64,000 nucleotides of DNA, from assembly GCA_950097015.1 (NCBI GenBank), contig CATNEN010000001.1:27342001-27406000 (forward strand), in the 5' to 3' direction. This document shows, piece by piece, positions 21,990-36,739 of the stretch (within the stretch, counting starts at the first letter, position 1; every line of letters begins with the position of its first letter). The position numbers were made by a program, and so were the translations under genes. The stretch comes from Macrostomum hystrix (taxonomy: Eukaryota; Animalia; Platyhelminthes). Below the pieces are notes generated by a model. It ran no database searches. It had not been told where the DNA came from and saw only the letters and a program-made list of their open reading frames with translations.

Positions 21990-23510
21990 GGACCCGGATG
22001 CAACAGAACTCCAACAGCCGCTTCTTCCAGTTTGATGGTCAGCATTCGCTGCTGTGCGACACTTCCAGCCACTATCATTGACCAGTCGACCCAGATTTGC
22101 TCCAGCAACCGCTCATCCGACACTTCCATCAACTCGGCCACTACGGGGTCCGCAAGACCGCCAGCCTGTTGACAACCCGATACTTCTGGCCCAACATGCG
22201 GGACGCAATCAAGAGGTATTGCCGAGCGTGCGAAACCTGCCAACGAAGCAAAATCGGACGCCACACGACGGCCGGCAGTTCCGCGTTTGACCTACCGTCT
22301 AACAGACTCGAAGTCGTTCACATCGACATTGTCGGTCCGCTCCCAGTACCAGACAGAAAGTACGACGTCTCCTGCGGGCTGACCCCTCGATACATGCTCA
22401 CCATGATCGACCGCAGCACCAGCTGGATCGAGGCCACGCCGCTTGAGTCCGTCACCGCCGAGAGCGTAGCATCCGCATTCATCTCCACCTGGGTCTCGCG
22501 CTTCGGAGTGCCGCTGTAGATTGTCACCGACCGAGGACCACAATTCGAAGCTGAGTTCTTCAGCCGAGTCGCCAAAGTCGTCGGATTCCATCGACTGCGA
22601 ACGACAGGCTACCACCCTCAGACAAACGGCAAAATTGAACGAGCACATCGAACGCTGAAAGCCATCCTGAAGGCTCGTGGGGATTCCTGGTTGGAGAGCC
22701 TACCGCTAGCACTCCTCGCGATGCGCATCTCTCCGAACGAAAACGGCATTAGCGCCTTCACTCGCCTAATTGGAGAACATCCGATGATGCCCCGCATCTT
22801 GACGACAGAGGACCTCACGCCGGAGACCATTCGACTTCGCCTGGACGACCTGATGGACGACGCGAGACCTCCACTTAATCGGCCAACGTACATCCTGAGC
22901 GACCTCAAGACAGCCGAGAAGGTATGGGTCCGAGTCGACCGCACCCGGAAGCCATTGGAAGCACCGTATCAAGGCCCCTACCCGGTTGTGAAACGCCTAC
23001 CGAAGTTCTTCATCATCGCGACAGCCGCAGGACGCCAGGAATCCGTCTCCATCGACCGCCTCAAACCTTGGCGAACCGCGCCGACGCCTGCAGCTGGCAA
23101 CCAGAGGGTTCGACCGACAGAAGCGACGCAGGATCAGCAGCCATCCACGGCGCGACACGAGTCACCACCGAGCACCAGGACGGACGACACTGTTGACGCC
23201 TCAACAACTTGGGAGGAAGCCTCCCGACAGCCTGAGTCAGAGACGACAAGGACACAAACATCACCAGTAAGCACTCGAAGTGGCCGGAAAGTGCAATACA
23301 AACCTAAAAATGACTATTATTATTTCTAACTGGCAAACCGACAAGTAGACATAACTCTTGTACTGTACATTCGCATTCAACTTTTAGTTGCCTAACACTG
23401 CATTTCATGCGTCTGCAGCTTCGGCATCCCATACCGTAATCTCCAGTTTACCCGTGTGCATATTAATTCACCATCAGGACTCCATCTTCCGCGGGGGGAC
23501 TGATGTAGTG
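21990..23510 (+). mobile_element. Gypsy/Ty3 integrase fragment with 3' UTR, PPT and probable LTR start
   Basis: Mirror of 7135-8400 but complete to STRSGRKV...YYF*; PPT gcggggggac then TGTAGT at 23504; same in-frame stop after GVPL. Confidence 0.92.
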
Positions 23511-25112
23511 ACATTAATTCGCGAAACTTCTGTACGTTTGAAACTCCTCATACTCATGCGCTTGCATCTAATAATAAAAAGCTTGTTTTAAACTTAAATT
23601 GTTTTAAACAAATTAAATTTGTTTTACCGTACAGTATATTTCTAGAAACTTCCGAAAACACTAAAATACACTATAAATATACTGCACCGGATCCAGCAAT
23701 AATCAACCCTTTCTGATCTCATACGAGACTCAACAAACAACACAGAAAACCACCGCCTAGCTCTTAATTACTCGCGAACTCGCGACGATAAAACCCCGCT
23801 ACAGAAGCATAAATTGTCGAGAGGAAAGCAAATATTATCGAAAGAAAGGCAATTTTTCGTGAGGAAAGCATGATTTATCAAGTGGCTTGCAAAAATCATC
23901 GAGGGGTAGCACTATTTATCGAAGGGGTCGCATGTTTATTGTGGGGTAGCATGATATATTGAGTAATAGTCTATCAGCAACAGCTAAAAACGTAAGCAAA
24001 AGTTTTTTGTTATTGTTTTTATTTTTTTTGGGTACAACTAACAGTTAATAGTAAAAGATATTGATTAGCTACTGTCAAAGCGAAAAAGTTTTTGCTTAAT
24101 CACTCTTTTCGCTCTGAGAAAAGAAAGCAGCAGCAAGTTGTATTCGATACAAAACTGAGGAAAGAATTTTCGAGCATATCTGCCAGCGTTTATAGATTCA
24201 GAAATATAATAAATTTCACGTTATTTTACTTTCAGAATTTCGCATTTTTTCATATTTATCATGTAAATTGCATACAATTTGCGGGCAAAGGCATTACGAG
24301 CCGTAGATATCTAGGTAATGCCTTGATTTCTCGAAGAGATTGTATGAGATTTCCAGGTCATGGCATAATACTTTCAGCTAGGGTAAATTTTTGAAGACGA
24401 TAGAATGATCTATTAAAGAGGGTAGCATGATTTATCGAAGGGGTAGCATGATTTTATAGGGGGGAGCATGAATTGTCGAGAGGGAAGCACGAACTGTTAA
24501 GGGGAAGCATGAAATATCGAGGGGAAGAATGAATAATAGATAGAAAAACATGACCGATCGAAGGGGAGCATGAATGGTCGAGTGGGTAGCATAAATTATT
24601 GAGGTGGAAGCATCAATTGTCAAGGGGAAGCATGAAATGGCGAGGGAAAAGTGAATTATCGAAGGGAATTAGCATGACTTTTCGAGGGGGAAGCATGAAA
24701 TACCGACTAAAGAGCATGAATTATTGAGGGGTAGCATGGTTCATCAAGAAGTAGCTAAATTATCGTTAAGATAAAATGATTTTTCAAGGTATAGTCCAAA
24801 TTTTTGGGTGTAGCATAAATTATGGAGGGGAGAGCATGACTTATTGAGAGGGAAGCATGAATTCTCAAGGGGAAGCATGACTAATCAAGAGGGGAAGCAT
24901 GAATTTTCGAGGGCGAATAATATACTCAGCAACAGTGAAAAGTTCCACCCTCCAAGCGAGATGGAATTTTTCTCACTTATTGTGAGTGACGCAACTTGCG
25001 ACACGCAGCGAAGCTTATTGTCACTTGGGGGCTTGGGTCTGTGCAATGGTACAAAACTGCGTAACTTCAAGAGGACAAATTTTAAGTCTAATCCACACAC
25101 ACGATTTCAAAA

Positions 25113-26115
25113 ATGGTCCGGCAATGACTAATGCTGAACGATCGCGTGCTGTTGGAATAATGGAAGTCGTTGTGTCCATCAGCGAAGTTGCTCGCATATT
25201 TGGAAGATCGCGAGCGGCTATTCAAAACTGCTGACAAAGTCCTGTGAGACTGGCAGCGTGGAGCACGCTGCGAAAGGCAATCAGCGCCTTGATCCCGATC
25301 TGCTGCGAAGAGTAAGGAGAACTCCCACCCTGCCAGCCACCCTGCTCCGTCTGATGGGGGATGAGAGAAGCAGAGCAGGAAACATCCTGAGCGCCCAGAC
25401 AGTTCGACGTCGAATTCGGGAGATGCGCAAGCGGCCTCGACTCAGTTCTGCCCACGTCGCCAGCCGAGAGCAGTGGGCGATGCAGCGCGTCCACTGGAGG
25501 CAGCAGCAGTGACGACGCGTTGTTTTCACTGACGAGAGCCGGTTCCGGCTTTTCCAAGCAGATGGTCGCACCCGCGTTTGGCGAGAACCGCGGGAGGAGA
25601 TGTTGCTGCAGCATGTACAGTGCGCTGAGAGCCAGGCTGTCTCAGTGCACGTTTGGGCCGGCATCTCGCTACATTCAAGGACGGATATCGTCTTCCTGAA
25701 TGCCAACGTGAACGCTAATAGCTACGCAGATCTTCTGCAGACTCGGTTCCTACCGTTTGCCGACGCTGCTTTCGGAGGAGTCGGCAACTGCATTCTCCAG
25801 GATGATAACGCGTCGCCACACCGAGCCGATGCTGTTGGTCAAGTGAAAGAGCAGCTACAGATCCGCACTCTGTTCTGGCCTTCCCGGCCCCCAGACATGA
25901 ATCCAATCGAGCATGTCTGGGACTTTCTAAAGCGCAGAATTCGAAAAGAGAATGCACCACAGAATGTTGCGGAGCTGCGTCACGCCATTGCAAACGCTTG
26001 GCAGCAACTTCCACAGGACTTTCTGCGCTGCCTCATCTTGGGGATGCCCCGCAGAGTCGCCGCTCTCCTGCGCGCGATGGGAGCCAACACGTGGTTATTA
26101 GCATTGCGATTCTAA
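25113..26115 (+). mobile_element. Degenerate Tc1/mariner transposase
   Basis: HTH (SISEVARIFGRSRAAI), SAQTVRRRIRE, VVFTDESRF, LQDDNASPH, WPSRPPDMNPIEHVW; several stops and frameshifts; TIRs not identified. Confidence 0.9.
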
Positions 26116-26599
26116 CTGCACTTCTAAACTTGTCTAAACTTGTCTCGATTTGAAGTGTCCAAAAAATTTCTGAATGTGATCTGGGTCGTGAAATGAAATA
26201 AAATTGCATTTTCATATTTGAGAAAGGCAGGAGCAGATCAGTTAGGAGTAATTTTAGTTTAAGTTACTAGCACACTAAGCCCCCCTTGTGGGGCACTACT
26301 GTTTAGACAAAAAAATCTTGTGTAATGCAGAAGGACAAAACACTCTAAAAGCAAACAAAAACGAAAACTCATTTCGTCTGTGTTAATTTCCCTGATTGCG
26401 AATATTCGTGATTGCGATTCAATGAGAATTTGAATTCTAAATAAATACAAAATTAGTGAGTCTGAGATTGAATACATTCTGAGACATCCTGTCTCTACAC
26501 CAAGAGCCCAATTGGGGCAAAATTACACAAGTAACTTACGTTTGATACAACTCAGCTTAGTGCTACTTAGGTAAATGTGAATACTATCCCCTCAGCAGT

Positions 26600-27545
26600 A
26601 AAAAACGAATGTCTCCCCAGCTGCAGACAACAAATGTCCCCGAAGCAGCAGAGAACCAATGCCCCCCCAGCAGTAAATAACCAATGTACCCCCCAGCAGC
26701 AATGAAATAGTCCCCCCAGAAGCAGAGAACTAATTCCGCTCCAGCAGCAGAGAACTAATTCCGCTCCAGCAGCAGAGAACTAATTCCTCCCAGCAGCAGA
26801 GAACTAATTCCCCCCAGCAGCAGAGAACTAATTCCCCCCAGCAGCAGAGAACTAATTCCCCCCAGCAGCAGAGAACTAATTCCCCCCAGCAGCAGAGAAC
26901 TAATTCCCCCCAGCAGCAGAGAACTAATTCCCCCTCAGCAGCAGAGAACTAATTCCCCCCAGCAGCAGAGAACTAATTCCCCCAGCAGCAGAGAACTAAT
27001 TCCCCCCAGCAGCAGAGAACTAATTCTCCCCAGCTGCAGAGAAATTATTCTCCCCAGCTGCAGAGAACTAATGTCCCTTCAGTAGCAAATAACCAATGTA
27101 CCCCCCAGCAGCAATGAAATAGTCCCCCCTAGAAGCAGACAACGAATTCCGCCCCAGCAGCAGAGAACTAATTCCCCCCAGCAGCAAAGAAATTAGTTCC
27201 CCAAGCAGCAGAGAACTAATTACCCCCCAGCAGCAGAGAACTACGACGTAATTCCCCCTCAGCAGCAGAGAACCAATTTCCCCCAACAGCAGAGAACCAA
27301 TTTCCCCCCAGCTGCAGAGAACCAATGTCCCCCAGCAACAGAGAACCAATGTCCCCCCAGCAGCAGAGAACCAATGTCCCCCAGCAACAGAGAACCAATG
27401 TCCCCCCAGCAACAGAGAACCAATGTCCCCCAGCAGCAGAGAACCAATTTCCCCCAGCTGCAGAGAACCAATGTCCTCCAGCAGCAGAGAACCAATGTCC
27501 CCCAGTTGCAGAGAACCAATGTCCCCCAGCAGCAGAGAACTAATT
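26600..27545. repeat. ~21-22-bp minisatellite (cccccagcagcagagaactaatt)
   Basis: Directly visible. Confidence 0.95.
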
Positions 27546-28094
27546 AGACAAAGTTTTAGGCAAACAATGATTGCTTCCCTGCACGAAAAAAACGCTAATT
27601 TTTTAGAGCACTGCTATTAGCTAGGTTAAAAATATTGTCTCCTAGTTTTGCATCTAATAACGATTGCAGCAATACTCGAAACAATTTCCTTTCGTTTTAA
27701 AAAAAGAACGCTGTCAGCTACGTATGTTCGAACAGTCTAAAAATGAACTACGCTACTGGCTTTACTCAAAATCTTTTCCTATGCTTTCGAATGTAAAAAC
27801 ACTGGCAGATTTGCTTGAAAATTCTTAGCTCAGTTTTGTATCGAATAAAAGTTGTTGACTGCACTCAAAAAAATATTTTTTCTTTTCTCAGAGCGAGATG
27901 AGCTATTAAGTGAAAATATTTGCTGTAGCTAATCAATAGCTCTTACTATTAACAGTTAGTTGTACCCAAAACACCTAAAAAATAAAAATAAAAACTTTTA
28001 CGAACCGTACTGACGTTTTTAACTGTTCATAATAGAAGACTACTCAATGTATCATGCTGCCCCTTCGGAAATACACTCTAACCCTTTCGATAAA

Positions 28095-28745
28095 CAGTGC
28101 TACCCCCTTGATAATTTATGCAAGCCACTTGATAAATCATTCTACCCCCTTGATAATTTATGCAAGCCGCTTGATAAATCATTCTACCCCCTTGATAATT
28201 TATGCAAGCCACTTGATAAATCATTCTACCCCCTTGATAATTTATGCAAGCCACTTGATAAATCATTCTACCCCCTTGATAATTTATGCAAGCCACTTGA
28301 TAAATCATTCTACCCCCTTGATAATTTATGCAAGCCACTTGATAAATCATTCTACCCCCTTGATAATTTATGCAAGCCACTTGATAAATCATTCTACCCC
28401 CTTGATAATTTATGCAAGCCGCTTGATAAATCATTCTACCCCCTTGATAATTTATGCAAGCCACTTGATAAATCATTCTACCCCCTTGATAATTTATGCA
28501 AGCCACTTGATAAATCATTCTACCCCCTTGATAATTTGTGCAAGCCACTTGATAAATCATTCTACCCCCTTGATAATTGATGCAAGCCACTTGATAAATC
28601 ATTCTACTCCCTTGATAATTTATGCAAGCCACTTGATAAATCATTCTACCCCCTTGATAATTTATGCAAGTTACTTGATAAATCATTCTACCCCCTTGAT
28701 AATTTATGCAAGCCACTTGATAAATCATTCTACCCCCTTGATAAA
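28095..28745. repeat. 42-bp tandem repeat, ~15 copies (dimer of a 21-bp unit)
   Basis: tacccccttgataatttatgc + aagccacttgataaatcattc. Confidence 0.97.
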
Positions 28746-28967
28746 TTATGCTACGACCTCGAAAATGCATGCTTTTTCATTAATAATTCATTCTTTCCCG
28801 TAAAAATTGCATGGCTCCCCCTCAATAGTTCATGCTAGCTCCTCGACATTTAACGCTTTCCCCTCGATAATTCAAGCTACCCAGTTGATAATAATAGTTT
28901 TCCTTCAATAATTCATGGCACATCGTCGATGTTGCAAGCTTTCTCTTCGATAATTTATGCTCTACCC

Positions 28968-31900
28968 TCAATAATTCATGCTACCACTTTGTTATATCAT
29001 GCTATCCCTGGACAAATCTTGCTACCCACTCAATAATTCATGCTACCACTTTGTTATATCATGCTATCCCTGGACAAATCTTGCTACCCACTCAATAATT
29101 CATGCTACCACTTTGTTATACCATGCTATCCCTGGACAAATCTTGCTACCCACTCGATAATTTATGCTACCACTTTGTTATACCATGCTATCCCTGGACA
29201 AATCTTGCTACCCACTCAATAATTCATGCTACCACTTTGTTATACCATGCTATCCCTGGACAAATCTTGCTACCCACTCAATAATTCATGCTACCACTTT
29301 GTTATATCATGCTATCCCTGGACAAATCTTGCTACCCACTCAATAATTCATGCTACCACTTTGTTATACCATGCTATCCCTGGACAAATCTTGCTACCCA
29401 CTCAATAATTCATGCTACCACTTTGTTATACCATGCTATCCCTGGACAAATCTTGCTACCCACTCAATAATTCATGCTACCACTTTGTTATACCATGCTA
29501 TCCCTGGACAAATCTTGCTACCCACTCAATAATTCATGCTACCACTTTGTTATACCATGCTATCCCTGGACAAATCTTGCTACCCACTCAATAATTCATG
29601 CTACCACTTTGTTATATCATGCTATCCCTGGACAAATCTTGCTACCCACTCAATAATTTATGCTACCACTTTGTTATACCATGCTATCCCTGGACAAATC
29701 TTGCTACCCACTCAATAATTTATGCTACCACTTTGTTATATCATGCTATCCCTGGACAAATCTTGCTACCCACTCAATAATTCATGCTACCACTTTGTTA
29801 TACCATGCTATCCCTGGACAAATCTTGCTACCCACTCAATAATTCATGCTACCACTTTGTTATATCATGCTATCCCTGGACAAATCTTGCTACCCACTCA
29901 ATAATTTATGCTACCACTTTGTTATATCATGCTATCCCTGGACAAATCTTGCTACCCACTCAATAATTCATGCTACCACTTTGTTATATCATGCTATCCC
30001 TGGACAAATCTTGCTACCCACTCGATAATTCATGCTACCACTTTGTTATACCATGCTATCCCTGGACAAATCTTGCTACCCACTCAATAATTCATGCTAC
30101 CACTTTGTTATACCATGCTATCCCTGGACAAATCTTGCTACCCACTCAATAATTCATGCTACCACTTTGTTATATCATGCTATCCCTGGACAAATCTTGC
30201 TACCCACTCAATAATTCATGCTACCACTTTGTTATATCATGCTATCCCTGGACAAATCTTGCTACCCACTCGATAATTCATGCTACCACTTTGTTATACC
30301 ATGCTATCCCTGGACAAATCTTGCTACCCACTCAATAATTCATGCTACCACTTTGTTATACCATGCTATCCCTGGACAAATCTTGCTACCCACTCAATAA
30401 TTCATGCTACCACTTTGTTATATCATGCTATCCCTGGACAAATCTTGCTACCCACTCAATAATTCATGCTACCACTTTGTTATATCATGCTATCCCTGGA
30501 CAAATCTTGCTACCCACTCAATAATTCATGCTACCACTTTGTTATATCATGCTATCCCTGGACAAATCTTGCTACCCACTCAATAATTCATGCTACCACT
30601 TTGTTATATCATGCTATCCCTGGACAAATCTTGCTACCCACTCAATAATTCATGCTACCACTTTGTTATATCATGCTATCCCTGGACAAATCTTGCTACC
30701 CACTCGATAATTCATGCTACCACTTTGTTATACCATGCTATCCCTGGACAAATCTTGCTACCCACTCAATAATTTATGCTACCACTTTGTTATATCATGC
30801 TATCCCTGGACAAATCTTGCTACCCACTCGATAATTCATGCTACCACTTTGTTATATCATGCTATCCCTGGACAAATCTTGCTACCCACTCGATAATTCA
30901 TGCTACCACTTTGTTATATCATGCTATCCCTGGACAAATCTTGCTACCCACTCAATAATTCATGCTACCACTTTGTTATACCATGCTATCCCTGGACAAA
31001 TCTTGCTACCCACTCAATAATTCATGCTACCACTTTGTTATACCATGCTATCCCTGGACAAATCTTGCTACCCACTCAATAATTCATGCTACCACTTTGT
31101 TATATCATGCTATCCCTGGACAAATCTTGCTACCCACTCAATAATTCATGCTACCACTTTGTTATACCATGCTATCCCTGGACAAATCTTGCTACCCACT
31201 CAATAATTCATGCTACCACTTTGTTATACCATGCTATCCCTGGACAAATCTTGCTACCCACTCAATAATTCATGCTACCACTTTGTTATACCATGCTATC
31301 CCTGGACAAATCTTGCTACCCACTCAATAATTCATGCTACCACTTTGTTATACCATGCTATCCCTGGACAAATCTTGCTACCCACTCAATAATTTATGCT
31401 ACCACTTTGTTATATCATGCTATCCCTGGACAAATCTTGCTACCCACTCAATAATTCATGCTACCACTTTGTTATACCATGCTATCCCTGGACAAATCTT
31501 GCTACCCACTCAATAATTCATGCTACCACTTTGTTATATCATGCTATCCCTGGACAAATCTTGCTACCCACTCAATAATTTATGCTACCACTTTGTTATA
31601 TCATGCTATCCCTGGACAAATCTTGCTACCCACTCAATAATTCATGCTACCACTTTGTTATATCATGCTATCCCTGGACAAATCTTGCTACCCACTCGAT
31701 AATTCATGCTACCACTTTGTTATACCATGCTATCCCTGGACAAATCTTGCTACCCACTCAATAATTCATGCTACCACTTTGTTATACCATGCTATCCCTG
31801 GACAAATCTTGCTACCCACTCAATAATTCATGCTACCACTTTGTTATATCATGCTATCCCTGGACAAATCTTGCTACCCACTCAATAATTCATGCTACCA

Positions 31901-34900
31901 CTTTGTTATATCATGCTATCCCTGGACAAATCTTGCTACCCACTCGATAATTCATGCTACCACTTTGTTATACCATGCTATCCCTGGACAAATCTTGCTA
32001 CCCACTCAATAATTCATGCTACCACTTTGTTATACCATGCTATCCCTGGACAAATCTTGCTACCCACTCAATAATTCATGCTACCACTTTGTTATATCAT
32101 GCTATCCCTGGACAAATCTTGCTACCCACTCAATAATTCATGCTACCACTTTGTTATATCATGCTATCCCTGGACAAATCTTGCTACCCACTCAATAATT
32201 CATGCTACCACTTTGTTATATCATGCTATCCCTGGACAAATCTTGCTACCCACTCAATAATTCATGCTACCACTTTGTTATATCATGCTATCCCTGGACA
32301 AATCTTGCTACCCACTCGATAATTCATGCTACCACTTTGTTATACCATGCTATCCCTGGACAAATCTTGCTACCCACTCAATAATTTATGCTACCACTTT
32401 GTTATATCATGCTATCCCTGGACAAATCTTGCTACCCACTCGATAATTCATGCTACCACTTTGTTATATCATGCTATCCCTGGACAAATCTTGCTACCCA
32501 CTCGATAATTCATGCTACCACTTTGTTATATCATGCTATCCCTGGACAAATCTTGCTACCCACTCAATAATTCATGCTACCACTTTGTTATACCATGCTA
32601 TCCCTGGACAAATCTTGCTACCCACTCAATAATTCATGCTACCACTTTGTTATACCATGCTATCCCTGGACAAATCTTGCTACCCACTCAATAATTCATG
32701 CTACCACTTTGTTATATCATGCTATCCCTGGACAAATCTTGCTACCCACTCGATAATTCATGCTACCACTTTGTTATACCATGCTATCCCTGGACAAATC
32801 TTGCTACCCACTCAATAATTTATGCTACCACTTTGTTATATCATGCTATCCCTGGACAAATCTTGCTACCCACTCGATAATTCATGCTACCACTTTGTTA
32901 TATCATGCTATCCCTGGACAAATCTTGCTACCCACTCAATAATTTATGCTACCACTTTGTTATATCATGCTATCCCTGGACAAATCTTGCTACCCACTCA
33001 ATAATTCATGCTACCACTTTGTTATACCATGCTATCCCTGGACAAATCTTGCTACCCACTCAATAATTCATGCTACCACTTTGTTATACCATGCTATCCC
33101 TGGACAAATCTTGCTACCCACTCAATAATTCATGCTACCACTTTGTTATACCATGCTATCCCTGGACAAATCTTGCTACCCACTCAATAATTCATGCTAC
33201 CACTTTGTTATACCATGCTATCCCTGGACAAATCTTGCTACCCACTCAATAATTCATGCTACCACTTTGTTATATCATGCTATCCCTGGACAAATCTTGC
33301 TACCCACTCAATAATTCATGCTACCACTTTGTTATACCATGCTATCCCTGGACAAATCTTGCTACCCACTCAATAATTCATGCTACCACTTTGTTATACC
33401 ATGCTATCCCTGGACAAATCTTGCTACCCACTCAATAATTCATGCTACCACTTTGTTATACCATGCTATCCCTGGACAAATCTTGCTACCCACTCAATAA
33501 TTCATGCTACCACTTTGTTATACCATGCTATCCCTGGACAAATCTTGCTACCCACTCAATAATTTATGCTACCACTTTGTTATATCATGCTATCCCTGGA
33601 CAAATCTTGCTACCCACTCAATAATTCATGCTACCACTTTGTTATACCATGCTATCCCTGGACAAATCTTGCTACCCACTCAATAATTCATGCTACCACT
33701 TTGTTATATCATGCTATCCCTGGACAAATCTTGCTACCCACTCAATAATTTATGCTACCACTTTGTTATATCATGCTATCCCTGGACAAATCTTGCTACC
33801 CACTCAATAATTCATGCTACCACTTTGTTATACCATGCTATCCCTGGACAAATCTTGCTACCCACTCAATAATTCATGCTACCACTTTGTTATACCATGC
33901 TATCCCTGGACAAATCTTGCTACCCACTCAATAATTCATGCTACCACTTTGTTATATCATGCTATCCCTGGACAAATCTTGCTACCCACTCAATAATTCA
34001 TGCTACCACTTTGTTATACCATGCTATCCCTGGACAAATCTTGCTACCCACTCAATAATTCATGCTACCACTTTGTTATATCATGCTATCCCTGGACAAA
34101 TCTTGCTACCCACTCAATAATTCATGCTACCACTTTGTTATATCATGCTATCCCTGGACAAATCTTGCTACCCACTCAATAATTCATGCTACCACTTTGT
34201 TATATCATGCTATCCCTGGACAAATCTTGCTACCCACTCAATAATTCATGCTACCACTTTGTTATATCATGCTATCCCTGGACAAATCTTGCTACCCACT
34301 CGATAATTCATGCTACCACTTTGTTATACCATGCTATCCCTGGACAAATCTTGCTACCCACTCAATAATTTATGCTACCACTTTGTTATATCATGCTATC
34401 CCTGGACAAATCTTGCTACCCACTCGATAATTCATGCTACCACTTTGTTATATCATGCTATCCCTGGACAAATCTTGCTACCCACTCGATAATTCATGCT
34501 ACCACTTTGTTATATCATGCTATCCCTGGACAAATCTTGCTACCCACTCAATAATTCATGCTACCACTTTGTTATACCATGCTATCCCTGGACAAATCTT
34601 GCTACCCACTCAATAATTCATGCTACCACTTTGTTATACCATGCTATCCCTGGACAAATCTTGCTACCCACTCAATAATTTATGCTACCACTTTGTTATA
34701 CCATGCTATCCCTGGACAAATCTTGCTACCCACTCGATAATTTATGCTACCACTTTGTTATACCATGCTATCCCTGGACAAATCTTGCTACCCACTCAAT
34801 AATTTATTCTACCACTTTGTTATACCATGCTATCCCTGGACAAATCTTGCTACCCACTCAATAATTCATGCTACCACTTTGTTATATCATGCTATCCCTG

Positions 34901-34998
34901 GACAAATCTTGCTACCCACTCAATAATTCATGCTACCACTTTGTTATATCATGCTATCCCTGGACAAATCTTGCTACCCACTCAATAATTTATGCTAC
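28968..34998. repeat. 62-bp satellite, ~97 near-identical copies
   Basis: ORF track repeats every 62 bp; unit catgctaccactttgttata(t/c)catgctatccctggacaaatcttgctacccactc(a/g)ataatt, made of three ~21-bp subunits. Confidence 0.99.
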
Positions 34999-34999
34999 C

Positions 35000-35870
35000 A
35001 ACTTAATATATGCTTTACCTACGATAATTCAGGCTACCCGGTTGATAATTCATACATTTCCCACGTTAATTTATACTTTCACTCGTTAATACATGCTACC
35101 CCTCAATAATTCATTCTACCCTCTCTACAAATCATGCAATTTTGTCGATAATTCATGCTTCTCATCGATAACTCATGCTTCGCCCTAAATAATTCGTGCT
35201 TTTCCCTCGCTAAATCATGCTTCTTCTGCATAATTGATAGTTTTCCTTCCGTTAATTCATGTTTTCATCTCGATAATTTATACCTAACCTCAATTACTTA
35301 TTATACCAATCAATAAAGAATATTACCCCTCGATAATTGATGCTTCCCACATGAAAATGCATGCTTTTCCCTTGAAAAATTATACAAGCCAATTGATTAT
35401 TCATGCTTCTCATCGATAATTTGTGCTAACCCATCGATAATTCATGCTGCCACTTCGAAAAGTCATGCTTTCCCCTCGATAATTCATACTTTTTCCTCGT
35501 TATTTCATGCTTCCCTAGACAATTAATGCTTTTCCATAGATAATAAATGTTTCCTTTGTGATACTTAATGTTTTCTTCTTGATAATTATTGTTTCCTACC
35601 GGATAATTCATGCTCCCAGATCGATTAATAATGGTATCCCCTGGAAACATCATGCTACTCCCTGGAAATCCCATGCTATACCCCGGAAGTCTCTTGCCTT
35701 TTTCTGGAAATCTCATGCTTTTTCCTGGAAATCTCATGCTTTTTCCTGGAAATCTCATGCTATTCCCTGAATATGCCATGCTATACCCTGGAAATGTCAT
35801 GCTTTCCCTTAGAAATGCCTTCTAACGGAAATATAATGCTTTTCTTTATAATCCACATGCCATTCACCTC
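35000..35870. repeat. Degenerate 21-bp monomers flanking the 62-bp satellite
   Basis: Diverged tcatgct...cgataat units, then cctggaaatctcatgc units. Confidence 0.8.
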
Positions 35871-36739
35871 ATACCAGATGCTGTCCATGGATATAACTTT
35901 ATTGAGCTATATTATTTACTTTCATGTTTTGTTATGTTGAAATCTTCTGCTCTCAAAATATCGAGCAAATAGAGCTAGCTGCTATGCTCGAAAACGCATA
36001 ATTAAAAAATAATGCGGCTGTTATATCATGATATCTCATATCTCATTTTATATATCATAAAATATTTTCTCCTAGATTCCAATTTAATAACGATTGCCGC
36101 ATACAAACAAAAAAACAGATCTTAGAGATTTAGTATGGGGGGGGGAGGACGAAGGAGGATAGGAAGGATTCTGGGTTTTGTAAATTTCGTCCATAGCTTT
36201 GAGGTCTTCCTACTTCTAATATCATTCACAGCGTATCCAAGCCTAGAGAAGTGTTGCATGCTCAGAACTTTCTTCTAATGTTTTGCATTTGAGTACATTC
36301 GGTCACGTAGTGAGAGATGTCGTTACCTGATCTTTCTTACGGAGCCTACACGAGTCTTGAATATACTTATTTGGTATGAATTTGCTTTTCAGTTTTATCA
36401 TGGTTTCTAAGAACTTTTTGTTCCGGAAGACGCTAGGGAAGTATTTGTTCATTTCTGGTCTGTAATTTTTTCGATAGATTAGTGATTAAGGGTAGTGTTT
36501 TATGCGGCGTTGGTCTGCTAGTTTTTTCATTAGTTCGCTTTCTTCTTCGTTAATTCAGAAAAATCTGCTTAATAAAAATAAGCTGAAACGGCTGCTCAAA
36601 TTTGTGCCATAAAAGGCCTTCATGCGCCTAAAATAAGGCGGTCTATATCATGCCATCGTATCATATAGCATTTGCGTATAGCATATAGCATAGCATAGCA
36701 TAGCATTTGCGAACCTGGCGCTCGAACCGTTGCTATCAT

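Larger units (their letters stand above)
17587..25017 (-). repeat. Right arm of the large inverted segmental duplication
   Basis: Mirror of 5649-11691 plus a 1.13-kb hAT insertion and ~250 bp of Gypsy sequence missing from the left arm. Confidence 0.93.

Noticed and set aside
28968-34998. CRISPR-like array
   Set aside because: No unique spacers, units are contiguous, no cas genes, eukaryotic context.
28047-35089. About 100 repeated 60-aa ORFs and the long 42-bp-repeat ORFs
   Set aside because: By-products of satellite periodicity; no unique coding context or splice structure.
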